From Pelagomonas calceolata (taxonomy: Eukaryota), in assembly GCA_918797485.1 (NCBI GenBank), contig CAKKNE010000006.1:2356001-2420000 (forward strand): DNA of 64,000 bases, given 5' to 3'. The translations under genes and the position numbers were made by a program. Under the pieces are notes generated by a model. It worked only from the letters and a program-made list of their open reading frames with translations. It did no database searches and had not been told where the DNA came from. Positions 36,163-47,050 of the stretch are shown piece after piece; the stretch's first letter is position 1, and every line of letters begins with the position of its first letter.

Positions 36163-37472
36163 CTAGAACGCGGCTGCGACGGCCGCCGCCGCCGCCGTAA
36201 GCGTGGTCGTGAGGCCGAGCGCGCCGTCCGAGTCGTTGCCGGTCGGGGGCCGCGTCGGCGATCCCGGCTCCGTGGGAGGCATCGTCGACGGGCGCGACGG
36301 CGTGCCGATCACGGCGTCGCAGTCGATCGGGCAGTCGAGCCCGCCCCGCGCGAACGTCGTGGTGAAGATGCAGCCGACCCACGCCTTGTACTCGTCGTCG
36401 CAAACACCCAGGGTCCACGAGCCGCATTGCTCCGCGAGATTAGGTTCTTGCTGAAACTCCGCGCAGGTGTCCGCCGACCAGCCGTCGTCCTCGAAGCCGC
36501 TGATGGCATCAAAGGCGGCGTCCACCTCGTCGCCCGTCACCTCGCCCGAGAGCAAGGCCGCCCCGATGCAATCGAGGAACCCGGTGTCGTCCGTGCAGAA
36601 GTCGACGATGCCGTACGAGTAGGAGTAGGAGCCGTCGCCGCCTTCGCCGGGTAGGAAGTCGTTCGTACCTACATGTACACGAGTGAAAATGAACACAAGC
36701 TCGCGGGAGGACGCGGCGCGGCGCCGTCGGTCGGGAGGCTCTCGATGGCCGCGCGCTCTTCGTCGTCGTAGCAGTCGAGGTAGGCCGTGCACGTCGACGT
36801 CGCGAGGTCGCCGAAGCCGAGGCTCTTGAAATAGTCGACCGACGCCCCTGACGCGACGCAAAAGCCCGTGCAGTCGTCGTGGACGGGGACTATCTCGTAG
36901 CCCTCCTCGCACGTCAGACAGTCGATCATATCAGTAACGTGGGAGGCATTGTCGCTGATGCCGCAGGACGCGCAGGGTCCCGGCAGCGTGAACGGGGGGT
37001 CGCCGGGAAAGCAGCACGCCAGACAGTCGATAACGTCGGGAGCGCCCTCGATCTCGGGCACGCCTCCGAGGCAGCCCGAGGCCTCATCGGGGCACAAGGC
37101 GCACTCGCCCGCCTCCGTGGTAAACTGGTCCGCGCCGCACGTGGCACTACAGGTGCCCTGGTCGCCACCGTAGCAGGAGTCCGTGAACTTGTGGGCCGAG
37201 CAATCCTCGGTGCCCACCGGGACCACACCGCCGAGGCGGGACTTGCGGAGGGGCGCGCGCGCCTCGGCCGGCGCCCGGCCGCGTGTCGCGACGTTCGTCT
37301 TGGCGACCTTGCCGCGGAGGGCTTCTTCGGCGGCGGCGATGCGCTGCTTCAAATCAGCCGCGGGATTCGCGGCCGTCGACGACGCGGGATTCGCGGCCGT
37401 CGACGACGCGGGATTCGCGGCCGTCGACGACGCGAAGACGAGGAGGGCCGTGATAAAACTGTTGAGGGCCAT
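36163..37472 (-). CDS. Secreted/GPI-like Cys-rich surface protein; probable GC-AG intron 36669-36724
   Basis: Signal peptide, Cys-rich modules, SYSYSY motif, hydrophobic C-terminus; the two ORFs join at TDG|TNDF. Confidence 0.6.
37360..37434. repeat. Three exact 24-bp tandem repeats (encoding SSTAANPA)
   Basis: GCGGGATTCGCGGCCGTCGACGAC x3. Confidence 0.95.
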
Positions 37473-37525
37473 ACTGTAGTTTTTTTATTTTACCATACGC
37501 CATCGACGCGACTCGGCACGCGCAG

Positions 37526-39627
37526 GCGGCGCTCAACAGCGACTTCTCGTTCGTGATCTTCTCGTTCCTGTTCGTGTGGTTCTGGATGTGGGTCCACGTC
37601 GGTTCCTTCGCCGTCGCGTCCTTCTCCATGCTCCAGATTTTGATCTCGTTACCGTTATCGATGTTCATATACTCCGTGGTTTTTCAGATCGGCTACTTCG
37701 GCGCGATGCAGATTCTGGTGGTGTTCATCATCCTCGGTATTGGTGCGGATGATGTATTTGTGTACAGCGACGCGTGGCTCCAATCTGCGGAAGACGTAGA
37801 GAGGGAGTTTGGTGAGGCCCGCGGCTCTTACCTGGAGCGGCGGGTCGCCTACGCATATGCGCGGGCGTTGGAGGCGATCTTCAACACGTCGTTTACGACG
37901 GCCGTCGCGTTCTTCGCGACGGCGACCTCGAAGATCATGCCGATCAGTACCTTTGGTATTTTTGCGGCGATCTGCGTGCTGATGAACTACGGCCTCGTCA
38001 TGATCGCCACGCCGGCGGTTTGGGTGCTGTGCACGAAGCGCGATCCGCCTACAAATGACGACGAGGACGTGCTGCCCGAGTCGCGGACGGTCGGCTCGTC
38101 GCTCGAGGCCGGCGCCGAGCCCGAGGAGAAGAAGCGGTGCTGCAAGGCGCCGGCGTGCTGCGGCCGGCTCGTCGACGCGCGCCGCGGCCTCTTCGGCGGT
38201 TATTTGAAGGTCGTCGGGAAGCGGCCCGTCGCGCTGGCGCTGGTCCTTGCCACGGCGGCGGTGGGCGCGACGCTCGCCTACTTCGCGTCGCGGCTCGTCC
38301 TGCCCTGTGTGGAAATCAGGCTGAACGCCATCGAGCAGACGCCATCACGGGGACAACGTCGCGTCGATGGCGTGAAGCGTCCGATTTGATTTTCACACAG
38401 GTCCCACCGTCGGAGCCCGAGGAGTGGTTCCCGCCGCAACACATGTATACCAGAGTGCAAGTCCTCGAGACGAACAAGTTCGGCGCGAGCCTCGCGAACA
38501 CGTTTCCCGACGCGTCGCTGTACTGGGGGCTCGACCACCTGCGCCGGCCCAACTTCGACCGCTATGAGCCGCACAAACATAGGGGTAGAGTGTCGTTCTC
38601 GGCGCCGATAGACCTCTACACGGACGACGCGCAGAATCAAATTCTGTTCGCGTGCGACGCGCTGCGCAAGGCGCGGGGCGGCAAGCTCGCGCGGCCGGGG
38701 TCGGTTGTGTGCTTCATGGAAGATTTCCAAGTCTGGCATGCCGAGAGCTTCGACGGTGCATCTACGTACGGCCTAGATAAAGCTACGTTCGACGACCGCC
38801 TCAGTATCTTTCGCACGACCACGGTGCCCCAGAACGACGTCAACCCGATCGCGTCGTGGGAGCGCATTATTGGCTTTTCAGAAGGTGAGTTACGCTTCGT
38901 GCGCGTCGCGAGCCGCTTGAACGCTAGACACGACGACTCGCTCGACAAAAAGAAGAAGCTCCTCAAGGCGTTCAAAAATTTGATCAAGGACGTCAACGAC
39001 GAGCCGGGCACCAAAGACCTCGGCGACGACTTGATCGACTACAGCCTGACCTTCTCGTGGTACGCGACGCAGGTGGCGCTCGTCGACGGCCTGACGTTCG
39101 GGTTAGCCCTCGCGTTTCCCGTGGCCTTTGTCGTCCTCTGCTTCGCGACGTCGAATCTGGTGCTGGCCTTCTACGCGATGGTGACCATCGGGTTGATCGT
39201 GGCGTCGGTGCTCGGCACGGTCTACCTCATCGGCTGGAACCTGGGCATCAAGGAGTCGGTCGCGGGCGTCGTCGTCATCGGCTTCAGCGTCGACTACACG
39301 ATCCATCTAGGCCACATGTTCGACGTCGCCAGGAGCCAAGGCTTAACGACGCGCCAGGAGAAGTTCGCCTACTCCATCAAAAAGATGGGCGAGACCGTGC
39401 TGGCAGGAGCCATCACGACGGCCGGCTCGACGGTGTTCCTCCTCGCCTGTCAGTTGACGTTCTTCACGGCGATGGGTACCTTGATCATCCTCACGGTTGC
39501 TTACTCGCTGGGCTACTCGCTATTATTCTTTATGCCGTTGCTCCGCGTCGCGGGCCCGGAGGGCCGCGTCGGCGACATCTGCCACTTCCTGAGGGGCCTC
39601 AAGTGCGCGTGCTGCCGGCGCGCGTAG
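37526..39627 (+). CDS. Patched/Dispatched-like sterol-sensing-domain RND protein, apparently 5'-truncated; intron 38297-38400
   Basis: GIGADDVFV, TSFTTAVAF and GFSVDYTIH motifs; begins after an orphan 3' splice site at 37525. Confidence 0.75.
38297..38400 (+). mobile_element. Introner element, TSD GTCCTGCC/GTCCCACC
   Basis: CTGTGTGGAAATCA...TGATTTTCACACAG; joins SRL|VPPSE. Confidence 0.85.
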
Positions 39628-39800
39628 ACTCGCAGTTTTGCGACGAGCCGTATCCGGCTCGCAAGCTATCCTTCCCTCCCCCATAGTTGTCTATATATCA
39701 CGTTTACGAAGTATGTTAGTGCTGCGTATCTAGAGCGCGTCACTGAACAGGTAGGAATGAGGAGTTCTCTGTGAATTGGAGGAAAGAGGGTATTGCTTGA

Positions 39801-41368
39801 TCAGCATTCCGGTTCAAGTTCCGCTTCCGGCGGACTTGCTGCGGGGGCAACCGGCGGGCCCGCATGGTCGAGGAATGCGTTCGTGACCGTGACGAAGCCC
39901 GACCACGCCTCCAGCGCACGCGGCGTCGTCGGATATGCGCCCCACGCGGCTCGGAGCGCCGCAGTCTCCGGCGCGTCGTTGTACCAAACCTGCATGCGAT
40001 GATACATCGTGGCCGCATCGGCACTTGCGGGCTCCTCGGCCACCGCCTCGGCCGCCCTGCCCTCCGCGACGGGGGGCTCCTCTGCGACGAGTGCCGACGA
40101 CGGCGCCTCCTCGGCCATCATCTCGAGGGCCTTAATCGGCGCCGTCGGCTCGTGCGCCGGCGTCGCGGCCGCGGACGGAGGCTTCGCCGACTTGCGCCGC
40201 TTCATTATCGCAAATACGACGATACCCACGACGACGACGACCGCTGCGACGACGCCCAGGATCACCGCGAGGGAGTTGTCGTCCGAGTCGCCATCGTCAT
40301 TGCCGCCGCCATCGTCATTGCCGCCGCCGTCGGCATCGCCCTGTCCGGCGCAGTTCTCCGTTAGCTCAGCGTCGGCGTTAAAGTCCTCCAGGAAACAGAC
40401 ATAATCTTCAGTCATCCAGGACCAGTCCATGTCTTCGATCGCCGTCGATGTCCCGGCGGGTCTCTTACAAGATATCTGGCCGTTGTAGTCATCCTTGGCT
40501 TTTTTGCCTGTGCGCAAATCGAATTTTGGTCTCCCCTCTCGCGAGCCTTGGCACTCGGGCGATTACACATGCACTGGTGGCCTGAGGAGCTGTAACCAGT
40601 GAACTCCAACTGAAGACCCATATAATAGATAGGAACCCCGTTCATTGTGTTCGTGCCGGTATTGTCCACGCACCAATCATAGCATTCTTGGGGCGATCCT
40701 AACTCTATGACGTTTACTGGCCAACTGCCCATAGTACCACCGGTGTTTATATACGACGCTTCGGACTGAGGGTAGCAGCGGCCCGCCTGAAAGGTGAACA
40801 ATCCCGTAGGCGTGGCAGGCGTGGAAGAGTCGCTACCACCACCGCATTGGGAGGATTGGGAGGACGTTCCGGTCGAGATAGCAAAGGTCTGGGTTGGTTG
40901 GATCAAGTTGTTCCGGTCGCCGCACGTTGGTCCGTTGCCGCCGCCCCAGTTTTCGTTGTCTATGCACGGCCGCATAACGATCTCCGAAGAACTAACAAAA
41001 CAATCTCCATCGCAGATCTTTGTGCCCCCACCGGCGCGGATCTCCAATGATGGATTATTGCCCCCGCATTGTCCAAAAGCCCACGAGACGCCGTCGCAAG
41101 ACAGGACTTGATCGAGACCGTTTTCTCCGGACTGCGTCCAATCGCGTATGTAGGTGGTGATGGCGGCCGCCTCCGTCGGGTCGGTGCACGCGACCGTGAC
41201 GCCGTTGGTGGTCAGTGTGATGGACGACTCGGTGCCGGTAAGGCAGGCGCGCCATTCGTTGTAGGAAGTGCACTCTAGGCCGGATGAACTGATATGCCCT
41301 GGCGTCATCTCCTGCTCCCAATTGGAAGCTGCCGCCGGGCGCCACAACAGCACCAACCAAAGCATCAT
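39801..41368 (-). CDS. Type I membrane protein with Cys-containing ectodomain; probable intron 40508-40554
   Basis: Signal peptide MMLWLVLLW, TM LAVILGVVAAVVVVVGIVVFAIM+KRRK; ORFs joined via TTTGCGCACAG acceptor. Confidence 0.6.
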
Positions 41369-41657
41369 GCCGGACTGCTACCGGCCGTACCGACGGCCAA
41401 CATGTGTGCGCGGCTGCGCCGCAAATCCTGGTCCCTAGGGCAGCCCTACGCGCGCTGCGCACCGCGCCCAGAGTGCATCTCAGAGTTGTTTTTAATTCGG
41501 GGATCCTGCCAGCCGAACGCGCGCAGGGCTCGAGGACATCTACCACAATCCTGGAGCCGGTTCGAAGAGATGTTTGGTCACAAATGTGTCGCGAGTTCGG
41601 GTTCGAGTCGTTGGATTGCAGCGCGACGAACAGCGCATATAACAACGTGCCGCATCG

Positions 41658-42704
41658 ATGGCAGAATCACACGCCGCCGTCGTCACTCCCGACGACGAAA
41701 CAAAGACGCATTTCTCGCCCGCGGGCAGCCCAACCACCAAGGGCAGTCCCACAAAAAGAGCCGCAGCGCCGGCCATCGACGTCCTCGACGACGACGTCCT
41801 CGACAATTGCCTTGGGTTCCTGGACGCCGAGGACGAGTTATTGAGAGGCCCCATCCGGGCCGTGGCGTCGGGCTGGCGTGCGACCGCGGCGCGCTGCGCG
41901 AAACGGAGCGTCCCCACGGTCTGCGCTCGCCTGGCGCGCCTGCCCGGGGCCAGACGCGAGCGCCACGCGAAGGATGCGGCGAAACGCTTGGCAAGCTTAG
42001 CGGGCCTCCCGGCGACGCACCCGCAGCTCAACGTGGCCGTGGCGCTCTGGTTCGTCGATAACCAGGACGGCACCGGACCGCTCGTCGACGACACTAAAGT
42101 AGCGCGCCAGCTCTGGGCGTTTGTCGATGAGGTCGGCGACGGTGCCGCCGTCCTCAACGACGCCATCGACGTCTGGCCCCACCGCGTGCGGGCCTTCGCG
42201 ACTGAAGTCGGCATCAAGCGGCGCGAACGCTCGGCGTTCGTCGGGACGTGTCGCGGCGGCGCGGCGGCGGCGAAGCTGCGCGGTGCCAAACGATGCGACG
42301 ACGCTTGTTCCACGCGTCGTGCGATCGACGCGGTCTTCGCCGACGTCCTCCGCGTGGCACGCGAGCCGTGGACGCTCGGGCCGCCGCCGGACGCCGTCTC
42401 GCGCCTGACGGGGCCCGTGGGGAAGATGCGCCGCTTCTTCCGCGCGTTCGCGGCGTTGCACGGCGTCGTCGGCGGCCACGCGGAGATATATTATGAGCGC
42501 CGGGCGTCCGAGCCCTACGACGTCACGCTGTTGCTTCCGCGGGCCCAGCTGGCCGTCGTCGCCCACTGGGACGCGGAGGACGTCGCCGGTGCGGTGGCGG
42601 GGTTGCGCGAGGTGGATGTGTCGTCTGCCCTGGCCCGGTGGCAGCTGCTGGTGGACGAGAACTCAACGGGCGGATTCGAAGTTGTTAGGGATTTGGATTT
42701 CTAA
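41658..42704 (+). CDS. Hypothetical protein, possible F-box-like N-terminal motif
   Basis: 348-aa ORF; LDDDVLDNCLGFLD...VASGWR. Confidence 0.55.
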   Translation: MAESHAAVVTPDDETKTHFSPAGSPTTKGSPTKRAAAPAIDVLDDDVLDNCLGFLDAEDELLRGPIRAVASGWRATAARCAKRSVPTVCARLARLPGARRERHAKDAAKRLASLAGLPATHPQLNVAVALWFVDNQDGTGPLVDDTKVARQLWAFVDEVGDGAAVLNDAIDVWPHRVRAFATEVGIKRRERSAFVGTCRGGAAAAKLRGAKRCDDACSTRRAIDAVFADVLRVAREPWTLGPPPDAVSRLTGPVGKMRRFFRAFAALHGVVGGHAEIYYERRASEPYDVTLLLPRAQLAVVAHWDAEDVAGAVAGLREVDVSSALARWQLLVDENSTGGFEVVRDLDF

Positions 42705-42752
42705 GACAGTACTAGTAGTATGTGTTTCACAACTAGTACATGGCCGAGTCGC

Positions 42753-43751
42753 CTAGCGCCCGTAGGGCCGGTCGAGATCCTCATCCTCGAAGCGCTTGCG
42801 GTCCGCTTCGGTCGCACCCTCGGGCCTCATGCCAAGTCTAATTTGCATGGCGCGCAGAGCCGAGCCGAGCTCCGCGCCCGTCTCACGAGGCGCCGGCGGT
42901 GGCGGTGGCACGTCCGCGGGCAGCGCCGCGACGGTCCGCAGGACGGCGCGCCCCGCCCGGGCCTCGACGGCCTCGAAGGCATCCTTCTCGACGACGGCGC
43001 CCGTGCCCCGGTTCGCCGCCACGATCGCGCACGTCGCCGCGCGGATACGCGTGCCGTGCGCCGCGAGGTGCAACAAATAACACGACTCCATCTCCACCGA
43101 CGCGACGCCCCGCGCGCGCAGTCGCTCGAGGACGTTGCCGTTACAATCTCTAAAATTGGCATCGACGCGGCCCTGGGCGTCGTAGAACGAGTCCGCAGAC
43201 GCGTTCAGGCCATAGACGACGTCGCAGTCCCTGGCCAGCTCGGCGGCCAAGCGCTGCGCGAGCGCCACGTCCGGCGCCGCTCTCCGTTGGGAAATGACGT
43301 AGTTGGCGTCGCTCTCGTCCTCGAAGGTGGCGTCGAAATTCCGCGCGATCCGCACGCTCCCGGGCGTGTTCGCCACGACGGCGCCCGGCACGGCCTCGGG
43401 ACTCAGCCCGCCGCAGCTCCCGAGCCGCACCATTACTAGATCTCCGTCGACGACGTGGCGCAGCTCGCGGACCGCGAAGTCCATCATGGGACCGCCCATG
43501 CCCGTCGTTATAATAGATACGGGCGTGCCTTGGAAGGTGCCCGTATACGTTTCGAAGCCGCGGTGGCTCTTTATCGAGAATTGCGGTGCGCCGTCTAGTA
43601 ATGAACACAACGTCACGGCGCGTGACGAGGACCCGACTAATACAATACGGTTCGCGACCTCGCCTTTGGCTACGCCGACGTGGTGCGTGCGGCCGTCTTC
43701 GAGGGGCACGCCGTTCGTGTCATGATAGTATTGGGAGCTCCTGCGCTGCAT
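42753..43751 (-). CDS. Uridine/nucleoside phosphorylase (PNP_UDP_1)
   Basis: TGMGGPMMDFAVRE, RLGSCGG, SFYDAQGR, VEMES. Confidence 0.9.
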   Translation of the reverse strand: MQRRSSQYYHDTNGVPLEDGRTHHVGVAKGEVANRIVLVGSSSRAVTLCSLLDGAPQFSIKSHRGFETYTGTFQGTPVSIITTGMGGPMMDFAVRELRHVVDGDLVMVRLGSCGGLSPEAVPGAVVANTPGSVRIARNFDATFEDESDANYVISQRRAAPDVALAQRLAAELARDCDVVYGLNASADSFYDAQGRVDANFRDCNGNVLERLRARGVASVEMESCYLLHLAAHGTRIRAATCAIVAANRGTGAVVEKDAFEAVEARAGRAVLRTVAALPADVPPPPPAPRETGAELGSALRAMQIRLGMRPEGATEADRKRFEDEDLDRPYGR

Positions 43752-43988
43752 GTCGAGATGGTGCTCAGCTGTGATTCACCAATATTTATGCGTTGCTGGT
43801 ATGTGTGCCGCTCGCTGTCTGCAGCAGCACTGTGATTAAAGTGTACTAACCGCCTTACAGCCTCCCAATCGCATTTATTTCGGTTTTAGGAGCCGCTTTT
43901 TTGCGCGCTTGTTGGCTTGCTAGTGTCTTACAGACGCTAGCAAAAGCCGCAGGCGTCGTTGCGATCCCATGCACAGGGAAGTTTCTTA

Positions 43989-45575
43989 TTAGTCACTGTC
44001 TTCTAGGTTGTCCCACTTCGAGTAGTCGATGCCCGCGCGCTTCGGGGCCGGCGCCGGCGCCGGCTTTGGTTTCGGGGCCGCCGCCGGCTTCGGTTTCGCG
44101 GCATCATGCCCAGTTACAACATCTCTAATCATCTTCGTCATCTTGGGGCGATTCGTGCCGAACTTCGCCGTCGCCTCCGCGACCGTATATATATGCTTCC
44201 GCAATTCCGGCGCGAGTACGCCCTTTTCATTTATCGCGTCAAGCGAAGCTACTATCGTTCGGTTTTCACCACTCGGGCTTGGCGCGACCACCACCAATCG
44301 TTTCTGCAGTTCCGCCTCGCGCTCCCGCTCGCGTGCCGCCGCCTCGGCCTTGGCGACGTCCACGCCGTTCTCCGCAGCAGCCGCCGTGAACATCTCCTCG
44401 ATCTCCGCGTCGCTGCGCTGCTTGTCGCCGGCCTTGGCCATACCGTCGTGGTAGATCTTCCGTTTGAGTTGTTCGGCCTTGATGTTTTGGATGAAGGGGT
44501 CTCCCTCGCCTAACACCCTCCGCGCGCGCCGATCGATGTCCGCCAGGTCTTTGTCGGACTCACACACCTCTTCGAAGGAACCATCCCAGACGACGCCCCG
44601 GGATCGACAGAGCGAGAACCGCAGCTTCAGCGTCAGGCGGTGGTCCGGGCCGTACGTTGCACAGCACGAGTCCACATACTCGGGCAGGAGTGCCTTCGCC
44701 TCCTCGTATTTCTTCGTCTCGAAGAGACTATTTCCCAGGTTGAGCGCATCGATGAACGTATCTCTGGACGTCGCGCCGTGGTACGCCTTCGTCCGCCCGA
44801 GGAGGCCGCGCCTTATCTCCAGCGACTCGTCGTGCCGGCCGAGTTCTTCCAAGACCTTTGCGACGTTCGTCTCGGCGACGAGTATCATGGCCCTGTAATT
44901 CGCATCATGAAGCGCCGCGATCTTCGTAGCAGCCAAGAGGGTCTGGTAGATGGTCAGCGCCTCCTCGTGGGGCAAGCTGTCCCCGAGTGCGTTAAACGCC
45001 TGGAACGTATTCAACTCGGCCTTGAACGTACCGCTCGCCCGGTCCAGGTAGGACCCGTCCGCGTAGGCCTTCCAGCACGCCCAGCCGATCGCGCACTTCA
45101 CCTTGCCCCGGATCGGCTGGTGGCACAGGCGGCACGTGTTCCACCGCGACCACTTCTCCCACTGCTCCTCCCGCGACATATCGTCCGCGACCGCGAGCTT
45201 CGCTTGCTCCACCAGGCAGCTAATGTGCACGAAGCCCGCCGTCCCGCGGCACGCGCAATAGCCGGTCACGAGGCCCTCGTTCGCCGTGTGGCGGCGCTCG
45301 GCGCCCTCCGTGCAGATGAAGCAGGTCTGGCCCTTCGTGGCTTCTTTGCAGTCCTCGACGGCGTCCGTCACGGCCGCCTTGTACTTGGCGTCGGCGTTGG
45401 CCTTCTCGGCGCCGCCGCGCTTCTTAATTTTCTTGCAGAGGTCCTTGTGACCGCCCGCGTTCCAGTGCTGGGCCTGGCACGCGGCGCCGCAGTAGCGCGT
45501 GCGGCAGCGAGAGCACCGCGGCGCGTTGTGCGGGATGGGCTCCGCGCACCTCGCACAGGTCGATAGGGCAAACAT
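43989..45575 (-). CDS. MYND zinc finger + RINGv + TPR (kinesin-light-chain-like) protein
   Basis: CARC..CSRCRTRYCGAACQAQHW..HK..C; CFIC..CACRG..GFVHISC; LGRHDESLEI repeats. Confidence 0.8.
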   Translation of the reverse strand: MFALSTCARCAEPIPHNAPRCSRCRTRYCGAACQAQHWNAGGHKDLCKKIKKRGGAEKANADAKYKAAVTDAVEDCKEATKGQTCFICTEGAERRHTANEGLVTGYCACRGTAGFVHISCLVEQAKLAVADDMSREEQWEKWSRWNTCRLCHQPIRGKVKCAIGWACWKAYADGSYLDRASGTFKAELNTFQAFNALGDSLPHEEALTIYQTLLAATKIAALHDANYRAMILVAETNVAKVLEELGRHDESLEIRRGLLGRTKAYHGATSRDTFIDALNLGNSLFETKKYEEAKALLPEYVDSCCATYGPDHRLTLKLRFSLCRSRGVVWDGSFEEVCESDKDLADIDRRARRVLGEGDPFIQNIKAEQLKRKIYHDGMAKAGDKQRSDAEIEEMFTAAAAENGVDVAKAEAAAREREREAELQKRLVVVAPSPSGENRTIVASLDAINEKGVLAPELRKHIYTVAEATAKFGTNRPKMTKMIRDVVTGHDAAKPKPAAAPKPKPAPAPAPKRAGIDYSKWDNLEDSD

Positions 45576-45880
45576 TGGTCGTGTTACAGCGTCCGCGCAG
45601 CTGGCGCCGGACGTCCAGTGGCAGAGAGCAGTCTTGTGTTACAAGCGTCCGGCGGTCGAACCGCTGGTTGTTCTTCCGCTACAACGTCAGCGCAGTGGAA
45701 ACGCGACCCTTACGCGTGCAGCGCCAACGAAACGGCCAAGTATAGGCCGCAGTCTACAAGGTGCAAGGCCCTTGCAAAATAATTGGCCTAGCGTGTCGAC
45801 ACACACTAGCCTTAGCTCGAGACTTTTTGCAGGCATTTTGCATCGTAGGGCTGCCCCCGAGCGATTTGACCACATACAAG

Positions 45881-47017
45881 ATGATCCTCACGCAGTGCGC
45901 CGTCTGCGCCACCGAGCTTGGCTTATCCTTGGGCAAGAAATGCGGCCGCTGCAGCACACGCTACTGCGGGGCAGCCTGCCAGGAGCAGCACTGGAAAGAG
46001 GGCGGCCACGACACGCTCTGCAAGAAGATTAAAAAGGCTGGTGGCGCAGAGCAATACAACGCGAATAAGAAGTACGCGGAGGCCGTATCGGTCGCAACGG
46101 AGGCGTGCGCAGAGGACACGAAGGGCCAGACGTGCTACATCTGCACCCAAGCCCTCCATTGGAAGACGAAGGAGGGCCTCGTGCGCGGGTGCTCGTGCCG
46201 TGGGACCGCTGGTTTCGCGCACGTGTCGTGTCTGGCAGAGCAGGCGAAGATTTTGATGGCCGAGGCCGAGGAGAACAATTTGGGCGCGAAGGCGTTGAAT
46301 GCGAGGTTCGGGCGGTGGTACGCGTGCAGCCTCTGCGAGCAAGATTACCACGGCGTCGTGGCGTGCGCGCTCAGCTGGGCGTGCTGGAAGACGTACTTGG
46401 GGCGACCGAAGGCGGACCACATTAGGCGGGTGGCGTTGACGCAGCTCGGGAACGGTTTATCCGACGCACGACACCACTTGGACGCATTATCTGTCAGAAA
46501 GACCGATTTGTTAATGCTGCGGTGCCTTGGCGCACCAGAAGAAAACGTGCTCGCCGCGCAGGGCAATCTTGCGAGCACGTATCAATCGCTTGGACGATTT
46601 GAAGAGGCCCTGTCCATGCGACGAGACGTATACTCCGGACGTCTGAAACTCAATGGTGAGGAACATGAATATACTCTCGTAGCAGCCAACGGCTACGCGT
46701 TGAGTCTGAAGCAGCTAAATCGCTTCAAAGAAGTCAAGTCGGTGCTGCGCAAGACAATGCCCGTGGCGCGGCGCGTTCTCGGGGAGAATCATGATCGCAC
46801 GCTCAAGATGAGGACGACTTACGCGAGGGCACTCTACGAGGACCCCGGCGCCACGCTCGACGATCTCCGCGAAGCCGTGACGACGCTTGAAGAGCCGGAA
46901 CAGACCGCGCGGCGCGTGTTTGGCGGCGCGCACCCGCTCACAGCGGGGATTGAGGGAACTTTGCGAAAAGCGCGAGCCGCGCTCCGCGCCCGCGAGACGC
47001 CGTCGGGGAGCGCCTAA
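45881..47017 (+). CDS. MYND zinc finger + RINGv + TPR protein
   Basis: Same architecture; NLASTYQSLGRFEEAL. Confidence 0.85.
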   Translation: MILTQCAVCATELGLSLGKKCGRCSTRYCGAACQEQHWKEGGHDTLCKKIKKAGGAEQYNANKKYAEAVSVATEACAEDTKGQTCYICTQALHWKTKEGLVRGCSCRGTAGFAHVSCLAEQAKILMAEAEENNLGAKALNARFGRWYACSLCEQDYHGVVACALSWACWKTYLGRPKADHIRRVALTQLGNGLSDARHHLDALSVRKTDLLMLRCLGAPEENVLAAQGNLASTYQSLGRFEEALSMRRDVYSGRLKLNGEEHEYTLVAANGYALSLKQLNRFKEVKSVLRKTMPVARRVLGENHDRTLKMRTTYARALYEDPGATLDDLREAVTTLEEPEQTARRVFGGAHPLTAGIEGTLRKARAALRARETPSGSA

Positions 47018-47050
47018 GCACTACCTAGAAACAAAATACAAGAACCATCC

